From positions 879 through 64,878 of the forward strand of contig CAXSGM010000008.1 of assembly GCA_964236915.1 (NCBI GenBank): a DNA stretch of 64,000 nucleotides. Direction: 5' to 3'. Numbering within the stretch: position 1 is the first letter of the stretch; every line of letters starts with the position of its first letter. Origin of the DNA: an uncultured Rhizobacter sp. Lineage in GTDB: Bacteria; Pseudomonadota; Gammaproteobacteria; Burkholderiales; Burkholderiaceae_C. Positions 60,189-64,000 of this stretch are shown here, in pieces. The notes beneath the pieces are model-generated. The model had not been told where the DNA came from, ran no database searches, and was given only the letters and a program-made list of their open reading frames with translations. The translations under genes and the position numbers were made by a program.

Positions 60189-62594
60189 ATGCGCATTCGC
60201 ACACAGCTCGTGCTCTCGGCTGTCTTCGCCGTCCTTGTCAGCCTTTCGGTCATCGCCGCTCTTTTCGAGGCGACGCGTCAGTCGCAACGCGGTATCGATG
60301 AACAGGCGAGATCGCAAGACGTCGTGCGCCACATCGCCAACATGCTGGCGCTGACGAATGAGCTCGCGGTCTACGGCGGCGACCGAATCGCCGTGCAGTG
60401 GCACGCCCGGGCGGCGCAGCTTTCAGAGGCGGTCGCGGGTGCACTGCACGGACGCGATGGCTCGGAGCCGACGCTGCTCGAGCTGCAGCAAAACATCGAC
60501 GACCTGCCGCCTCTTTTCGACAAGCTGGTCGAGATCGGCCGACAGCCGCCGAGCGAGCTCGGACAACGCCGCCACGAGCTGCTGATGGAGCGCATGCTGG
60601 CCGAGACACAAGAGGTCGTCGAGAGCCGGCATCGCTGGGCGCTTGCGATCGCCGACAGGCAGCAGCGATCCCAGCGGCTCTACAGTGCGACCCTGCTGGC
60701 TGCGCCGTCGGCGCTGCTGTTGCTGCTGCTTTCGCTCGGTTTCCTCGTCGGTCGGCGCGTGCTCGAGCCGACGCGTCGCCTGCAGATCGCTGCGCTCGCC
60801 ATCCAGAACGGCGACCTCGACGCGCGTTGTGCGAGCACGGCCCGCGACGAGCTCGGCGACGCCGCCCGGGCGGTCGACGCGATGGCGGTGGCCCTGCGGC
60901 AACGATCGGCGGACTTGAAGGACTCCGAAAACCGCCTGCAGATGATCACCGACAACGCGCCGGCGCTTATCGGTCACCTGGACACCGAGAATCGCTACAC
61001 ATTCGCGAACGCGCAGCACAGCCGCAGTACCGCCGGTGTGCCGCCGCAATTGCTGGGCCGGACGATCGAGGAGGTGCACGGCCAGGCACTGTGGGCGGTG
61101 TTCGCGCCGCACAGCGCCCAGGCGCTCGCGGGCCAGGAGGTGAGCTTCGAAACGTCCCGCGTCGTGGACGACCGCGTCGTCCACCAGCAAACGACCTTCG
61201 TACCCGACATCGGCGACACCGGCTCGGTGCAGGGCTACTATGCCATCAGCTTCGACATCACGAAACGCAAGGAGGCGGAGTTGCGCCTGGCCGCGAGTGA
61301 GCGGCTCCTTGCCAACATTACCGACAATTTGCCGGCGCTGGTCGCCTATGTCGGCAGTGACGAGCGCTACGGGTTCGCGAACTCGAAATACCGTGACTGG
61401 CTCGGCGTCGATCCGGCGACGATGATCGGGCAGCGCGTCGAGGACGTCATGGGCCCGGCGTTCTACGCCGCCGTCAAGAACCGCGGCAACGCGGCGCTCG
61501 CCGGTCAGCGTTCGAGGTGGGAGCGCTGCGGCGTGCACGACGGCCGGGAGCGGCATTACCTGGTCGACTTCATTCCCGACATCGACGCCGAGGGGCGGGT
61601 ACGCGGCTTTTGCGCATTGACCAACGACATCACCGAGCTGAAAGAGGCGCAGCAGATGCAGGCCAAAGTCGAGCGGCAACTGCGCGCGATCGCCGACAAC
61701 CTGCCGGTGCTGATTGGCTACGTCGGTCCGGACGAACGCTATCGCTTCGTCAACGCAACTGCCGGACAAGTCCTCGGTATTGACCCGGTGCACGCCGTCG
61801 GTCGCAGCATGGCCGAGTCGATGAGCGCCACGAGTTATGCCGCGCGGCGCGACCACTTGCGGGCAGCGCTTGGCGGCAAGCGGGTTGAATTCACACTCGA
61901 AATCGGCAGCGAGGGCAGCACGCGTCACTTGCAGACCACCTACATCCCCGATGTACGACCCGACGGCCGCATCGACGGCGCGTATCTGCTTGGCCTGGAC
62001 GTGACCGTGCTCAAGCAAAGCGAGCAGCAGCTGCAGCAAATGGCCCGCTTCGATGTGCTGACCAAGCTGCCGAACCGGCGCCAGCTCGAAGAGCGACTCG
62101 GCGAAGCGGTGGCCCGGTCGACGCGCGACCGGCGGCCGATTGCGCTGATGTTTCTCGACATCGACCACTTCAAGCGGATCAACGACAGCTTCGGGCATGC
62201 CGTCGGCGACGCGGTGCTGGTCGAATTTGCCAAGCGCCTGCGCCAGTCGGTGCGCGTCACGGACATGCCGGCCCGCTTGGCGGGCGACGAATTCGTCGTG
62301 CTGCTGGAAGGCCTGCATGCGGAGGCCGACGCAAGCATCGTGGCGCAGAAGATCGTCGCAGCGATACGGCAGCCGTTTCACGTGCCGAGTGCCGATTTGC
62401 ACGTGACCACCAGCGTCGGCGTTGCGTATGCAGCACGGCCGGCGCCCAACAGCGACCTGATGGATTTTGCCGATCAGGCGCTCTACCGGGCCAAGGGCGC
62501 GGGTCGCGACACCTTCGAGATAAGCACGTTGGGGTCCTACGATTCGACGATGGGAACGTTGCCCATGGATAGCCTTGTGCAAGTGTCGCGCTGA
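60189..62594 (+). CDS. Membrane diguanylate cyclase (2 TM, HAMP, 3 PAS, GGDEF)
   Basis: Two TM segments, DELGDAA HAMP, three DN(A/L)P..PD..D(I/V)T PAS repeats, DVLTKLPNRR, DIDHFKRIND, RLAGDEF. Confidence 0.9.
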   Translation: MRIRTQLVLSAVFAVLVSLSVIAALFEATRQSQRGIDEQARSQDVVRHIANMLALTNELAVYGGDRIAVQWHARAAQLSEAVAGALHGRDGSEPTLLELQQNIDDLPPLFDKLVEIGRQPPSELGQRRHELLMERMLAETQEVVESRHRWALAIADRQQRSQRLYSATLLAAPSALLLLLLSLGFLVGRRVLEPTRRLQIAALAIQNGDLDARCASTARDELGDAARAVDAMAVALRQRSADLKDSENRLQMITDNAPALIGHLDTENRYTFANAQHSRSTAGVPPQLLGRTIEEVHGQALWAVFAPHSAQALAGQEVSFETSRVVDDRVVHQQTTFVPDIGDTGSVQGYYAISFDITKRKEAELRLAASERLLANITDNLPALVAYVGSDERYGFANSKYRDWLGVDPATMIGQRVEDVMGPAFYAAVKNRGNAALAGQRSRWERCGVHDGRERHYLVDFIPDIDAEGRVRGFCALTNDITELKEAQQMQAKVERQLRAIADNLPVLIGYVGPDERYRFVNATAGQVLGIDPVHAVGRSMAESMSATSYAARRDHLRAALGGKRVEFTLEIGSEGSTRHLQTTYIPDVRPDGRIDGAYLLGLDVTVLKQSEQQLQQMARFDVLTKLPNRRQLEERLGEAVARSTRDRRPIALMFLDIDHFKRINDSFGHAVGDAVLVEFAKRLRQSVRVTDMPARLAGDEFVVLLEGLHAEADASIVAQKIVAAIRQPFHVPSADLHVTTSVGVAYAARPAPNSDLMDFADQALYRAKGAGRDTFEISTLGSYDSTMGTLPMDSLVQVSR

Positions 62595-62891
62595 GCGGGC
62601 GACGCGCGGGCGGCGGCAGCCCGGCCTGAATCGGCGCGCTCAAGGTGCGGCCGTTGGGCTCGCGGCCCATGTTTTCTCGAAGCGATCACCGACCGTGGTC
62701 GTCGAGGCGCAACTTTCAGTCCGCGCTCATGCGCAAGACGAAGTAAATCCGATCGAGTCGAATCGCATCAGGCTTTCAGTGAACCGCGATGCGCAACACC
62801 ATCACGCCCAGCGCCTCGACTTCGATCAAAGACCGCGACAAAAGCCTATTGCGCAACCCTTGAGGCAACTACAGGATTCGACCCGCGCCAC

Positions 62892-63569
62892 TCAACCCGC
62901 CGCCCTGGACTCGGGTTCGCGCAATAAAATCTCGACGCGCCGATTTTTGGCGCGGCCGGCGTCGGTGCTGTTGTCGGCGATCGGTTGGTTCTCACCGCGG
63001 CCAGCGGTAGCTATACGCCCGGCACTGACGCCGTGGTCGACCAGGTAGTCGCGCACGCTGTTGGCACGCTGCACGGAGAGCGTCTGGTTGACCGCGTTGC
63101 TGCCGGTGCTGTCGGTGTGGCCGACGATGGTGATCAGCGACGTCGGGTCGTTTTGCACACTGGCGGCAAAGGGATCGAGCACGCTTCGCATCGACGGCTT
63201 GATCGTGGCGCTTCCGGTGTCAAAGGAGATGTCGCTCGGGATGTTGACCTTGAGCTGGTTGTCCGCGGTGCGCGACACCTCGATACCGGTGCCGCGGGTC
63301 TGCGCCTCGAGTGCGGTACGGCGGTCTTCCTGGCGCTTTGACCACAGATTGCCGCCGATGGCGCCGAGCGCGCCGCCAATCAGCGCGCCCGTCCCAGCGC
63401 GCCCCCCGGTGACGGCGCCCAGCACGGCGCCCGCGGCCGCACCGCCTGCAGCACCGGTCGCGGTGCCGCGTTCACGCTCACTCATGTCGGCGCAGCCCGT
63501 TGCGGTCAGAAGGCAGGTGACGGCAATAGCGACTGCGCCGCGGCGCAGTGATGGGGTGAGGTGGTGCAT
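62892..63569 (-). CDS. OmpA-family lipoprotein with glycine zipper (YiaD-like)
   Basis: Lipobox-like ATGC, Gly/Ala zipper, GHTDSTG, LSVQRA, GRAKNRRVEI. Confidence 0.9.
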   Translation of the reverse strand: MHHLTPSLRRGAVAIAVTCLLTATGCADMSERERGTATGAAGGAAAGAVLGAVTGGRAGTGALIGGALGAIGGNLWSKRQEDRRTALEAQTRGTGIEVSRTADNQLKVNIPSDISFDTGSATIKPSMRSVLDPFAASVQNDPTSLITIVGHTDSTGSNAVNQTLSVQRANSVRDYLVDHGVSAGRIATAGRGENQPIADNSTDAGRAKNRRVEILLREPESRAAG

Positions 63570-64000
63570 GGGGCTTCCTTTGATTTGACGACGCTCGAAG
63601 CACCGGAGTGTGCCGCAAGCTGCCGCATTGCGAGTAAGCGGCTGGGCTTGCCACCTTGACCTACCAGGCCATCGCGCACCGCTCGGCGAACGTGACCGAC
63701 GCTTTCGAAAACCTGACCGGCTCGAGCGGTCGGTGCCGAGTTGCAGGGGATGGCGACGCCGGCCTGCGGGACCGACGCACGCCACCGTACGCGAGGACCA
63801 GCGCGCGCCCAGTGTCGGCGCGTGTCCGGGCCGCAATCTCGCGAAACTTTGCAAGGACGCGCAAGACAACCACCCGCCCACGTAGGTACCCTGTGGCGCG
63901 GGGTTTACTCGACGTTGCTCTACGAACAACGTTCGCGCTCGCCGCCGGCCTCGACTGCGGCTTCGCGCCGGGACGCCAACACACACGCACACAGAATCGG

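Noticed and set aside
62595-62891. Relatively AT-rich spacer as possible sRNA or terminator
   Set aside because: No recognisable RNA motif or hairpin with U-tract
63570-64000. Long region upstream of the OmpA-family gene as riboswitch or ORF extension
   Set aside because: No recognisable motif; translated extension is not protein-like

Overview
High-GC bacterial chromosomal DNA, probably Betaproteobacteria/Burkholderiales (inferred from gene content, not proven). Four blocks. (1) About 1-45.9 kb: a large acyl-CoA catabolic island centred on cyclohexanecarboxylate genes (badI, badH, aliA, aliB), with a thiolase plus HMG-synthase-like/DUF35 fusion, a BKACE, two Liv-type ABC importers, CoA ligases, crotonases, SDRs, CoA-transferases and two phosphotransferase (Lva/ACAD10-like) modules. 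A shared 14-bp pseudo-palindrome lies in front of most of its operons; it also carries a MITE and several eroded genes. (2) 46-48.3 kb: DUF1330-like gene and a divergent AraC/SDR pair. (3) 48.4-57.9 kb: a NifA-like sigma-54 activator followed by a sigma-54 operon (rhodanese, one-Cys OsmC, non-canonical acyl-CoA-dehydrogenase-fold flavoprotein, rubredoxin-reductase fusion) converging on a second sigma-54 operon (cyanate-type ABC transporter plus cyanase). This is the best candidate for an undescribed system, possibly thiocyanate/cyanide nitrogen scavenging. (4) 58-64 kb: two orphan periplasmic binding proteins with a HAMP-PAS-GGDEF cyclase, and an OmpA-family lipoprotein. No rRNA, tRNA, CRISPR array or transposase was recognised. 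All calls come from reading motifs by eye; no database search was run.
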